From the NCBI RefSeq assembly GCF_041261265.1, contig NZ_JBGCCA010000031.1, positions 1-64,000 on the forward strand: 64,000 nucleotides of DNA, read 5' to 3'. Shown in pieces: positions 18,509 through 28,044 of this stretch (the stretch's first letter is position 1; the number at the start of each line of letters is the position of its first letter). This DNA is from Streptacidiphilus sp. MAP12-33 (lineage in GTDB: Bacteria > Actinomycetota > Actinomycetes > Streptomycetales > Streptomycetaceae). A program made the translations under genes and the position numbers. The notes below the pieces were generated by a model. The model did not search any database and was not told the DNA's origin. It saw only the letters and a list, made by a program, of their open reading frames with translations.

Positions 18509-19189
18509 ATGAACCGCCGTCTCCTACCCCGCGTGGATGCGGTGCTGGTGCAGGCCGTGATCGCCGCCGCGCTGTCCTTCGCCCACCTCCACGACGTGGC
18601 GATGGCCGCCGGGCAGACCGGCTGGAAGGCATGGGCCTACCCCATCTCGGTGGATCTGCTCTTGGTCGCTGCCTGGCGCCGACTGCGGCAGAACCGCTCC
18701 GCCCGACTGGCCTGGGCCTGGTTCACCATCGCCCTCGCTGCATCCCTCGGTGCCAACGTCGCCACCGCCGGATTCCTCGACATGCACCACGCCCCGGCCT
18801 GGCTGCGGATGCTCGTCGCCGGCTGGCCCGCCGCCGCGTTCCTCGGCGGCACCCTCCTCGCCCACGATCGCGCCCCGCACACCGAACCCCCGACCCCGCC
18901 CGTCGTCCCGGCACCGGCGCCCGTTCTCGACGTCGAGCGCGAAGACCCCCCGGTCTACCTCGACGAACCGGCCCCGGAACTGCCCGAGCCCGAGCCGGCA
19001 CCGGCGCTCCCGCCGGCTCCAGCGATGACCGTCCCGGCCGCGCTGCTCAACCACGCCCGCTCGATCGCTGCCGACCACCAGACCCGGACCGGTGCCCCGA
19101 TCGACCCGGACGCGCTGCGCACCCGGCTCGGTGTCCCGCCCCAGCTCGCTACCGCGATCCTCGCCCAGCTCGAAGGAGTCCCGGCATGA
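18509..19189 (+). CDS. SpdB-like membrane protein (DUF2637-like N-terminus)
   Basis: The N-terminus 'LVQAVIAAALSFAHLHDVAMAAGQTGWKAWAYPISVDLLLVAAW' resembles the 42924 gene of AICE-2. It has a Pro-rich linker. Confidence 0.6.
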   Translation: MNRRLLPRVDAVLVQAVIAAALSFAHLHDVAMAAGQTGWKAWAYPISVDLLLVAAWRRLRQNRSARLAWAWFTIALAASLGANVATAGFLDMHHAPAWLRMLVAGWPAAAFLGGTLLAHDRAPHTEPPTPPVVPAPAPVLDVEREDPPVYLDEPAPELPEPEPAPALPPAPAMTVPAALLNHARSIAADHQTRTGAPIDPDALRTRLGVPPQLATAILAQLEGVPA

Positions 19190-19377
19190 CCATCCAGCTC
19201 CCCCTGGTCGTCGTCCTCGGCCTGATCGTCTGGCTGCTCGTCAAGGTCATGCGCCTGCGGCTGTGGATCGTCGCCGTGGTCCTGCTCTTCGGCTTCTACC
19301 TCGCTCACACCATGTTTGCCCCGGTGATCAACGACACCACCAAGACCGGCGTCGACGTCGTCAACCAGCACCGCTGA
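19186..19377 (+). CDS. Small membrane protein (63 aa), translationally coupled (ATGA overlap)
   Basis: 'MTIQLPLVVVLGLIVWLLVKVMRLRLWIVAVVLLFGFYLAH'. Confidence 0.45.
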   Translation: MTIQLPLVVVLGLIVWLLVKVMRLRLWIVAVVLLFGFYLAHTMFAPVINDTTKTGVDVVNQHR

Positions 19378-19398
19378 CCTGGAAGGAAACGATCCGCC

Positions 19399-19743
19399 AT
19401 GGGAATCCGCCCGACCTTCGCCCCCGGCTCGAACCAGCCCTACGTCATCACGCAAACCCCGCCCCCGGCCCCGCTCCCGGTACCGGTCCAGCAGCCGACG
19501 GCTCCGGCCCCGGCCAACTACCAGCAGCAGCCGGCCACGTACTACGCCCCGCCCGCCCCGGTCATCGTCCGAGCGGCCCGACCCTCGGTCGCCCCGTACG
19601 TCGCCGGCGGCATCGGCGCCGTCGTCGCCGTGATCGTCGCCGGTGCCATCGCGATCGGCATCCTCCTCGCCCTCGCCGTCGCCTCGGTCGCCGTCAAGGG
19701 CCTGGTCAACAGCCTCAAGGAGCACGGCCCCACCCGCGACTAG
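19399..19743 (+). CDS. Pro-rich membrane protein (Spd-like)
   Basis: It has a Pro/Gln-rich N-terminus and a C-terminal TM 'GGIGAVVAVIVAGAIAIGILLALAVASVAV'. Confidence 0.5.
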   Translation: MGIRPTFAPGSNQPYVITQTPPPAPLPVPVQQPTAPAPANYQQQPATYYAPPAPVIVRAARPSVAPYVAGGIGAVVAVIVAGAIAIGILLALAVASVAVKGLVNSLKEHGPTRD

Positions 19744-19837
19744 CTACACCTCGGGGCGACCGATCCCGGCCAAGGAATCACGGTCGCCCCGAGCCCTCCC
19801 AGCCCCGATCAACTCACAGGACAGGAGTCCCACCATC

Positions 19838-20032
19838 ATGCCCGCGAACACCAACTCCGTGCGCATCTGCTCCAACTGCGACGGCTTCCCCGTCGCCCAC
19901 GTCTCCATCGGCTCCCGCCAGCCGGACGGCACGCTGCCCACGCTGCCTGCGGTCTGCCTCCACTGCTCCGGCACCGGCCACGTCCCCGCCACCACGGCCA
20001 AGACCCCGGCCCTCACCCCGGCCGGTCGGTGA
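19838..20032 (+). CDS. Small CxxC...CxxCxGxG zinc-ribbon protein
   Basis: 'CSNCDGFPV...CLHCSGTGHV', a paralogue of the 18262 gene. Confidence 0.4.
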   Translation: MPANTNSVRICSNCDGFPVAHVSIGSRQPDGTLPTLPAVCLHCSGTGHVPATTAKTPALTPAGR

Positions 20033-20036
20033 CGTC

Positions 20037-20207
20037 ATGGGCCTCCTCGACTGGCGCGACTCCAAGCACTGGTCCAACACCCCCGACGACTGCGTGATCT
20101 GCGACAAGCCCACCAACCTGCGCTCCGACCGCGGGAAGCCCGTCCACAAGGTCTGCGCGGAGGACTGGAACGAGCAGCACGCCCGCCCCGAGGGTGAGCG
20201 CTCCTGA
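20037..20207 (+). CDS. Small Cys-containing protein (56 aa)
   Basis: 'CVICDKP...HKVCAEDW'. Its stop overlaps the rep start (TGATG). Confidence 0.35.
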   Translation: MGLLDWRDSKHWSNTPDDCVICDKPTNLRSDRGKPVHKVCAEDWNEQHARPEGERS

Positions 20208-21673
20208 TGGCGTTGACGCTGAACCCGTTCACGGACCCCACACTCGCCGGTGGGGCCCGTGGCCGGCACTTCGACGACGTGACGGACGACCTCGCGCGCC
20301 TGTCCGCCCGCGGTGACCTGCCCCGACTGGTTGAGCAGATCCGCCGCACTGGTGGCTGCGCGAACCCGATCAACCTGTGGGGCTCCAAGACCATCCGCCA
20401 CCTGCCCACCGGCCTCGCGCTCAGCGAGTACAGCACCGCCGACGAACCGGGCGGACGCCTCAAGGTCGCCTGCGGCAACCGCCGGGCCACCCGGTGCCCC
20501 ACCTGCTCGGCCACCTACGCCGCAGACACCTACCACCTCATCCGCGCCGGCCTTGTCGGCGACCACACCAAGGACGTCCCCGCCACGGTCCGAGACTGCC
20601 CGCGGGTCTTCGCCACCCTCACGGCCCCATCGTTCGGCCCCGTCCACAACCGCCCCGACACCGGACGCTGCCGCTGCGGCCGACAGCACGCCAAGACCGA
20701 CCCCATGTTGGGCTCGCCGCTCGACCCCGAGCGATACGACTACGCGCACGCGGTCCTGTGGAACAACTGGGCTTCCGAGCTGTGGCGCCGCTTCACCATC
20801 TACCTGCGCCGCGAGCTCGCGAAGGCGTCCGGCCTCACCCGCCGCGAGTTCGACGACACGGTCAAGCTCGCCTTCGGAAAGGTCGCCGAGTACCAACGCC
20901 GCGGCGCCGTGCACTTCCACGCCGTCATCCGCCTCGACGGCGCCGGCCCGCCCGGAGCCACCCCGCCCGCCTGGGCCACGGTCTCACTGCTCCACCGCGC
21001 GATCCGGTCCGCCGCCCGGTCGGTCACAGTTCCGCTCGATGCCGCCGACCCCCACCCCGCCCGAGTCCTGCGCTGGGGCGATCAAATCGACGTCCGCCCC
21101 ATCCGGGCCTTCGGCGACGGCTCCCAGATCACCGAACAGGCCGTGGCCTCCTACGTCGCCAAGTACGCCACGAAGGCCGCCGAGGTCACCGACAGCGTCG
21201 ATCGCCGACTCCACTCCCTCGGCGCCCTGGCCGACTACGACTTGCCCGACCACACCCGGCGTCTGATCGAGACCTGCTGGGAACTCAACGACGCCTACCC
21301 GGAACGGCTGCTCGCGCACTGGTCCCACATGCTCGGCTTCCGCGGGCACTTCTCGTCCAAGTCCCCCCGCTACTCCACCACCCTCGGCGCCTTACGCCAG
21401 GCACGCGCCGACTACCGCGCCCAACAGACCCACGAGGAACTGCGCGAACGGCTCCTCGCCGCCGGCCTGCCCGACCTGGACGACATGGAACACGACGGCG
21501 AAACCCTCGTCCTCGCCCACTGGATCTACGCCGGCCAAGGCCACACCCCCGGCGAATCCCTGCTCGCCGCCACCATCGCCGAACAGATCGAACACAACCG
21601 CACCGCCGCCAGAGAGGAGCGCCAATCGCTGCTCCCGAGCCGAGAGGAGGGACAGGCATGGACCGCCTGCTGA
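20207..21673 (+). CDS. RepSA-like replication initiator protein (rolling-circle type, pSAM2 family)
   Basis: The N-terminus 'CANPINLWGSKTIRHLPTGLALSEY...CGNRRATRCPTCSATYAADTYHLIRAGLVG' is typical of AICE RepSA. Confidence 0.7.
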   Translation: MALTLNPFTDPTLAGGARGRHFDDVTDDLARLSARGDLPRLVEQIRRTGGCANPINLWGSKTIRHLPTGLALSEYSTADEPGGRLKVACGNRRATRCPTCSATYAADTYHLIRAGLVGDHTKDVPATVRDCPRVFATLTAPSFGPVHNRPDTGRCRCGRQHAKTDPMLGSPLDPERYDYAHAVLWNNWASELWRRFTIYLRRELAKASGLTRREFDDTVKLAFGKVAEYQRRGAVHFHAVIRLDGAGPPGATPPAWATVSLLHRAIRSAARSVTVPLDAADPHPARVLRWGDQIDVRPIRAFGDGSQITEQAVASYVAKYATKAAEVTDSVDRRLHSLGALADYDLPDHTRRLIETCWELNDAYPERLLAHWSHMLGFRGHFSSKSPRYSTTLGALRQARADYRAQQTHEELRERLLAAGLPDLDDMEHDGETLVLAHWIYAGQGHTPGESLLAATIAEQIEHNRTAAREERQSLLPSREEGQAWTAC

Positions 21674-21879
21674 CAGTGCGTGAGGTGGCCGAACGACTCG
21701 GCACCTGGGAAACGAGCAAGGAGCGCTTTCCCCGCCGGCTGATCGAGGAACGCCGCATCGAGTTCGTCCACGTGGGCCGCCACGTCCGGATCAAGGAAAG
21801 CGTCCTGGCTGCCTACGTCGAGGCCAACACCGTGCGCCCCGTGGTTCGTCGGCGTCGGTTCGGGGCGGTGGCTGCCTGA
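21658..21879 (+). CDS. xis: Excisionase (Xis), helix-turn-helix
   Basis: 'MDRLLTVREVAERLGTWETSKERFPRRLIEERRIEFVHVGRHVRIKESVL'. It overlaps the rep end and is coupled to the int start. Confidence 0.75.
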   Translation: MDRLLTVREVAERLGTWETSKERFPRRLIEERRIEFVHVGRHVRIKESVLAAYVEANTVRPVVRRRRFGAVAA

Positions 21880-23045
21880 TGGCCAACAGCAAAGGCGCAC
21901 GCCGCCGGTTCGGCTCGGTCCGGCAGCTCCCGTCTGGCCGGTGGCAGATCCGCTACCCCGATCCCCTCACGGGGCTCCTGCGGACTGGTGAGCAGACCTA
22001 CGCGACCAAGACCGATGCTGAGATCGCGCTGACACTGATCGAGGCCGACATCACTCGGAATCAGTGGGTTGACCCGGACTCCGGAAAGACCAACTTCGCC
22101 GTCTTCGCGGACGCCTGGTTCCGGGACCGCAAGCTGGAGGAGAGGACGCGGGAGAGGTACGAGGGTGTCATCCGTCTGCACATCCGGCCGCAGCTCGGTG
22201 GGTTGACGCTCTCCGAGATCACTCCCGCACGTGTGCGCTCCTGGCGGACGGTGCTCCTTGCTGAGGGCGTTGGTGAGCCGACCGTGGTCAAGGCATATCA
22301 GCTTCTTCGCGCCATCATGAACACCGCTGTGGATGACGAGTTGATCCAGCGCAATCCGTGTCGGATCAAGGGGGCTGACCGCTACGACGTGCCCGAGCGT
22401 CCGACCCTGACGATCCAGGAGGTGTACGCGGTGGCGGGGGCGATCCAACCGCAGTGGCGCGCGCTGATCCTGCTGGCGGCCTTCACCACGCTGCGCTTCG
22501 GGGAGTTCGCCGCGCTCCGCCGGCGGGATGTGGATCTGGAAGCGCGCGTCTTGTGGGTCCGACGCAATCAGGCTGAGCTGAGCAGCGGAAAGCTGATCGA
22601 GAAGGCACCCAAGAGTCGCGCCGGCTTCCGCCCGGTCGCGTTCCCCGTCGACATCGTCCCGGACCTTGAGCACCACCTCACGATGCACGCGAGCAAGAAG
22701 GACGACGGGCCATTCTTCGTCGGTCCGCGGGGTGGCCGGCTGCGGCGGAGCAACTTCGGAGACGACTGGGCTGATGCCTGTAAGGCCGCCAAGGTCACCG
22801 TGGACGCTCACTTCCACGATCTCCGCCACACCGGGAACACCCTAGCGTCGCAGAACGGGGCGAGCACCCGAGAGCTCATGATCCGCATGGGTCACAGCAC
22901 CCCGCGCGCGGCGTTGATCTACCAGCACATGACCAGTGACCGCGATCGTGTGATCGCCGACCGGATGGGCGAAGCGGTCCGCAAGGCGCTCGGCAAGGAG
23001 GACCCTCCGGAGCCTTCTGGCACGCCAGTGGCACGGCCCGAGTAG
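21879..23045 (+). CDS. int: Tyrosine recombinase / integrase (Int) of AICE-1
   Basis: It has an N-terminal arm-binding-like 'RFGSVRQLPSGRWQIRYPDPLTG', a catalytic region 'HDLRHTGNTLASQNGASTRELMIRMGHSTPRAALIYQH' (R...HxxR...Y), and sits adjacent to the tRNA att site. Confidence 0.9.
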   Translation: MANSKGARRRFGSVRQLPSGRWQIRYPDPLTGLLRTGEQTYATKTDAEIALTLIEADITRNQWVDPDSGKTNFAVFADAWFRDRKLEERTRERYEGVIRLHIRPQLGGLTLSEITPARVRSWRTVLLAEGVGEPTVVKAYQLLRAIMNTAVDDELIQRNPCRIKGADRYDVPERPTLTIQEVYAVAGAIQPQWRALILLAAFTTLRFGEFAALRRRDVDLEARVLWVRRNQAELSSGKLIEKAPKSRAGFRPVAFPVDIVPDLEHHLTMHASKKDDGPFFVGPRGGRLRRSNFGDDWADACKAAKVTVDAHFHDLRHTGNTLASQNGASTRELMIRMGHSTPRAALIYQHMTSDRDRVIADRMGEAVRKALGKEDPPEPSGTPVARPE

Positions 23046-23139
23046 CGGCCTCCACCGGTCGAACACCGACGAAGGGCCAGTCCGAGAGGCTTACCGCCTC
23101 CGAGCTGGCCCTTCTCACGTTCTCGCGATCTCTCGCGGA

Positions 23140-23216
23140 TGGAGCCCCCTGTCGGGTTCGAACCGACGACCCCCGCTTTACAAGAGCGGTGCTCTGGCCA
23201 GCTGAGCTAAGGAGGC
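23140..23216 (-). tRNA. tRNA-Thr (anticodon UGU), 77 nt with an encoded CCA
   Basis: The manual fold 'GCCTCCT TA GCTC AGCTGGCCA GAGC A CCGCT CTTGTAA AGCGG GGGTC GTCGG TTCGAAC CCGAC AGGGGGC T CCA' has all stems paired. Confidence 0.85.
23142..23185. repeat. attR of AICE-1, a 44-bp core inside the intact tRNA-Thr gene
   Basis: Identical to 9343-9386. Confidence 0.85.
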
Positions 23217-23479
23217 GCGGTTGGCAGTGTACCGGGCGGGCGGAGTGGATGGCGGGTGCATTTTGTGCCGAGGGAGGGCTGACAAGCACACCATCGGACA
23301 GGTAACGTCACCCGGAGTTCACTTCGCTGGTGGACTAGACCTCATCGTGGACCGTGCCGCTCCGGCGGGTTGGTACGGGGTGCGGGAGGGCGACAGAAGC
23401 GACAAGTTCATACGGACACACCCCCCTTTACATCGGATCGTCCGGCACGTTCCTGCCGGTGAAGGAGAGCAGAAGCACT

Positions 23480-24580
<1,101 letters not shown>

Positions 24581-24635
24581 CCGAGCGACGGACCGACCGG
24601 ACCGACCGGACCAGGACAACCGGTTCGCGTCATCG

Positions 24636-24690
24636 GCAAAAAGCGCGGAAGCCGCCCGGGTTCGCCCGGGCGGCTTCCGGCTTTTCGGGA
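24636..24690. terminator. Bidirectional intrinsic terminator hairpin (A-tract / GC stem / T-tract)
   Basis: 'aaaaagcgcggaagccgcccgggttcgcccgggcggcttccggcttttc'. Confidence 0.7.
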
Positions 24691-24765
24691 GAATTCCGAC
24701 ACCAGACTCACTCGTTGGAGTGACGCAATGTCGCCGAATCATCACGCCTCGCTAGCATCGCCGCT

Positions 24766-25194
24766 GTGAAGCAGCTAGCTCGCCGCATCGGCCGATCTCT
24801 CGCCTTCGTACTGCCGCTCGTCCTCGTGACGACCGGCACCCTCGCCGTCGCCAAGGTCTCCTGGGCACCGCCGGCCACCGCCGACGTCCAGTCGCTGACG
24901 GCCGCGGCCGACGCGCAGGCCCCGGCGCAGCCCGCCCCCGTCGCCCCCGACGCCGCCCTCCGGGCGCGCCTGCTCCGGGAGTTGACGGTCAAGAGCCCCG
25001 CCGTCGCGCTGAACGACCTGGAGCGCACCATGGACCGTGAACCGTCGCTGCGCCAGTACTGCTCCTCGCTGGCGCGCGAGCTCGGCCAGGCCGCCGTCCG
25101 GAAGTACCACGGCGACGTGCACAAGGCGCTCTCCTACGCCCGCCCCGTGTGCGACGCGTCCTTCGCGGCGGGTTCCCTCAGCCCGGCGAATTGA
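24766..25194 (+). CDS. Secreted hypothetical protein (signal peptide)
   Basis: The N-terminus is 'MKQLARRIGRSLAFVLPLVLVTTGTLAVA'. Confidence 0.5.
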   Translation: MKQLARRIGRSLAFVLPLVLVTTGTLAVAKVSWAPPATADVQSLTAAADAQAPAQPAPVAPDAALRARLLRELTVKSPAVALNDLERTMDREPSLRQYCSSLARELGQAAVRKYHGDVHKALSYARPVCDASFAAGSLSPAN

Positions 25195-25263
25195 TGCACT
25201 GGTTCAGGTGACCATCGGGTGACGTCGGGCCTCGCTCACACTTCTGCCCACTAGGGTGAGGCC

Positions 25264-26037
25264 ATGACCGCAGAGCACCTCATCCCCTCCGCCGGGGGGT
25301 CGCCGCTGGCCAAGCCGACGGTGACGCAGGCCGTGATCCTGGCCGGCGGCCAGGGCTCCCGTCTCCGCCCGTACACCGACGACCGTCCCAAGCCGATGAT
25401 CGAGATCCCCGGCACCGGCGTTCCGATCATCGGCCACCAGCTCCAGTGGCTGGCCGAGGAGGGCGTCACCGACGTCGTCGTCTCCTGCGGTTACCTCGCC
25501 GACGTGCTTCAGGACTACCTGAAGACCGCCGACCTGGGGCTGAACGTCAGCACCGTGGTCGAGACCGAGCCGCTGGGCCGCGGCGGCGGCCTGAAGTTCG
25601 CAGCCTCCTCGCTGCCGCGCCAGAACGAGCCCTGGTACGCCACCAACGGCGACATCTGGACCCGTTTCTCGCTGCGCGACATGTCCGGCTTCCACGCGGC
25701 CCGTGACGCCCACGCGACGCTCGCCCTGGCCCGTCCGCGCCTGCCCTGGGGCACGGTGGACGTCGACCAGTTCGGCAACATCCTGGACTTCATCGAGTCC
25801 CCGCCGTCGCCGTACCTCATCAACGCCGGCGTGTACGTCTTCTCGGCCCAGTTCGCCTCCATGCTGCCGGACCTGGGCGACCACGAGCGCTCCACGTTCC
25901 CGCGTCTGGCCCGCGAGCGTCGCCTCTCCGGCTACGAGCTGCCGCAGGGCGTCTACTGGCGCGCGATCGACACCGCCAAGGACCTCAGCGAGGCCGCCAA
26001 GGAGCTCGCCGCCGTCCGCGCTGCCGCCGAGGCCTGA
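25264..26037 (+). CDS. Sugar-phosphate nucleotidyltransferase (NTP_transferase family)
   Basis: 'AVILAGGQGSRLRPYTDDRPKPMIEIPG' is the G-x-G-T/S-R motif. Confidence 0.75.
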   Translation: MTAEHLIPSAGGSPLAKPTVTQAVILAGGQGSRLRPYTDDRPKPMIEIPGTGVPIIGHQLQWLAEEGVTDVVVSCGYLADVLQDYLKTADLGLNVSTVVETEPLGRGGGLKFAASSLPRQNEPWYATNGDIWTRFSLRDMSGFHAARDAHATLALARPRLPWGTVDVDQFGNILDFIESPPSPYLINAGVYVFSAQFASMLPDLGDHERSTFPRLARERRLSGYELPQGVYWRAIDTAKDLSEAAKELAAVRAAAEA

Positions 26038-26165
26038 GCCCGACCCAAGTGGTGACCCCGTGGCCTGGCCCAAGTGGTCTGAACCCCATGGTTTGAACCC
26101 TGTGGCCTGACGCGGAGGGCTGACCCCGTGGCCTGACCCGTGCTGACCCGCGGCCTGAGCAACCG
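26034..26165. repeat. Degenerate short tandem repeats (variants of ccccgtggcctgac)
   Basis: About six imperfect copies lie in the intergenic region. Confidence 0.5.
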
Positions 26166-26185
26166 GCCGTGAACCCGAGACAGAA

Positions 26186-26222
26186 AGAAGGACCCCCGGC
26201 CCAGGGCCGGGGGTCTTTCTCG
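26186..26222. terminator. Intrinsic terminator hairpin shared by convergent genes
   Basis: 'gaaggacccccggcccagggccgggggtctttctc'. Confidence 0.65.
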
Positions 26223-26238
26223 TCGTGCGGCCGGCGGC

Positions 26239-27735
26239 TCAGCCACCACCGCCCAGCAGGCCGCCGATCACGCCGCTGCCACTCGACGGGGTCGGCGCGG
26301 GCGCCGGGTTGTGGGAGCGGGTCGGCGGAGCGCCGGCACCGCCGGTGCCACCGGCCGTGCTGCCGGTGCCCGTGGCGCCGCTGTGGCCCGTCGTGGTGCC
26401 GCGGTGGTGCTTCGCGGACGCCGAGGGCGAGGGCTTGGCAGCCGCCGGGGAGGTGGCGCCGGACTTCGGCGTCACGCCCACCGGGACCGGCACCTCGCCG
26501 GTCGGCCAGGCACCGACCGGCAGGACCTGCGTCGGCGCCTCGGACGGCTGCTGCTGCTCGGCCGGGACCGTCGTGGTCTGCGTGACGTGCGAGGCCCGCA
26601 CCGCCGCGCCGAGCGCGGAGCCGAGCAGCAGCGTCACCCCCACCACGACGGTGGTCAACACGACGCCCCGCCGCATCACCCGGCGCCGCAGCTGCGCGAC
26701 GCGCGCCTGCTCGCCGAGCCGATGCCAGGCCTCCAGGTGCAGCCAGCCGTCCAGCGAGAACATCGGCGCGCCGGCCAACAGCAGCGGGCTCCAGGCGGCC
26801 AGGTAGATGATCTCCGGGGTGTCGTAGACCGGGACCGTCCGCCAACTCACCGTCACCAGCAGCGCGAAGGAGAGCGTCATCGCCACGGCGGCGGTGAAGC
26901 GCTGCCACAGACCCAGCACCGCCAGCACGCCGACGTTGATCTGGACGAAGGCCACCGCCAGCCCCGCGCCCACCGGGTGGGCCAGCGCCAGCTGCATCAG
27001 CGGCTGCGCGACGCTCCACGGGTGCAGCGCCTGCATCCAGTGCACCATCGAGCCGCGTGCGCCGCCGTCGAAGAAGACGGGGTCGCACAGCTTGCTGAAG
27101 CCGGCGTAGATGGAGAACAGGCCGAGGAAGACGCGCAGCGGCAGCAGGACCAGGCCGAGGTCGACGCGCTTGTTCGACTGCCAGGTCTCGTGCTGGGACG
27201 CGCCGGTGCTCTCGCCCGTGTCCGGGAGCGGAGGCCTGCGCGCGGCCGGCTCGAAGACCTGGACGTCGGTCAGGTCGTCGCCGTAGCCGTCGAGGTCGGC
27301 GAGGCTGAGCGGCTGGGTCGTCTCCAGCTCCTGGGTGCGCGGCCCCGGGGACTGCGGCGGCACGCCGAGGATGCCCGGCTGCACGCCCGGCGTGACGCCG
27401 GGGACCACCAGGTCCAGCTGCCCCGTCCAGGTGATCGGCGTCACCCGTCCGCGGCGGCGCGGCATCGCCGCGACCCCGCGGACGCCCGCGGCGGCGCCGA
27501 CGGCGCCCGCGCCGACGAGCATGGACTCACGTCTGCCCACGTCGACGCCGACCAGGCCCGCGTCGACCAGCGAGCCCGCGGGCGGGGTGAAGCGGACTCG
27601 GAAGCTCGCGGTGGTGGTGTTGAGCCGCGAGGGGTCCGACGGCACCTTGACCATGTTGAGCATGGGCTCGCCGCCGTCTATCCCACCGGCGTTCGCCGCC
27701 GTGGGACGAGGACGGGTACGTGTTCTGGTGTCCAC
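26239..27735 (-). CDS. DoxX-family membrane protein with a long disordered S/T/G/P-rich C-terminal tail (the start may lie downstream)
   Basis: The DoxX core is 'LLPLRVFLGLFSIYAGFSKL...'. The C-terminus is low-complexity. Confidence 0.6.
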   Translation of the reverse strand: MDTRTRTRPRPTAANAGGIDGGEPMLNMVKVPSDPSRLNTTTASFRVRFTPPAGSLVDAGLVGVDVGRRESMLVGAGAVGAAAGVRGVAAMPRRRGRVTPITWTGQLDLVVPGVTPGVQPGILGVPPQSPGPRTQELETTQPLSLADLDGYGDDLTDVQVFEPAARRPPLPDTGESTGASQHETWQSNKRVDLGLVLLPLRVFLGLFSIYAGFSKLCDPVFFDGGARGSMVHWMQALHPWSVAQPLMQLALAHPVGAGLAVAFVQINVGVLAVLGLWQRFTAAVAMTLSFALLVTVSWRTVPVYDTPEIIYLAAWSPLLLAGAPMFSLDGWLHLEAWHRLGEQARVAQLRRRVMRRGVVLTTVVVGVTLLLGSALGAAVRASHVTQTTTVPAEQQQPSEAPTQVLPVGAWPTGEVPVPVGVTPKSGATSPAAAKPSPSASAKHHRGTTTGHSGATGTGSTAGGTGGAGAPPTRSHNPAPAPTPSSGSGVIGGLLGGGG

Positions 27736-27870
27736 ATCCCACTAACCGGCCGAGGGGCCGGAAGGACACTCCCGGTTGACAGCCGACCGGGCGAGCCGTA
27801 ATACGAACCACTCGGTCGGGTTCGGGCCGGGGGAACGTCGCGAACGTCAGGGGCGCGGGGCTCTGCTTGA

Positions 27871-28011
27871 TCAACTGCGTGCGCGACAAGCCACCGACGT
27901 GCGGATGGTCCCCGCTGAACAGGGCCATCCGCACAGGGTGGTTGCTCGCGCCCGTAGTTGATCGAGCAGAACAGGTGGTTGCTCGCGCCCGCAGTTGATC
28001 AAGCAGGGCCC
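27871..28011. repeat. Cluster of three about 33-bp REP-like units (one inverted, two direct) 'ggtgg(t/c)tg(c/t)tcgcgc(c/a)cg(c/t)agttgatc(g/a)agcag'
   Basis: Direct reading. A related copy lies at 57148-57190. Confidence 0.7.
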
Positions 28012-28044
28012 CGCGCCCCCGGACGGTGCAACCGGAGGTGGTGC

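Larger units (their letters stand above)
9343..23185. mobile_element. AICE-1: a pSAM2-like actinomycete integrative and conjugative element (about 13.8 kb) integrated into the 3' end of tRNA-Thr
   Basis: Perfect 44-bp direct repeats bound it (9343-9386 and 23142-23185). The right copy lies inside an intact tRNA. Gene content is int, xis, a RepSA-like rep, an FtsK-like tra, a GntR kor, nudix and spd-like small genes. The cargo region 9.4-14.4 kb has lower GC. Confidence 0.85.

Noticed and set aside
20377-21879. A 500-aa alternative-frame ORF overlapping repSA
   Set aside because: Its translation is Arg/Pro-rich and low-complexity. Only its last 73 codons, which form xis, are credible.
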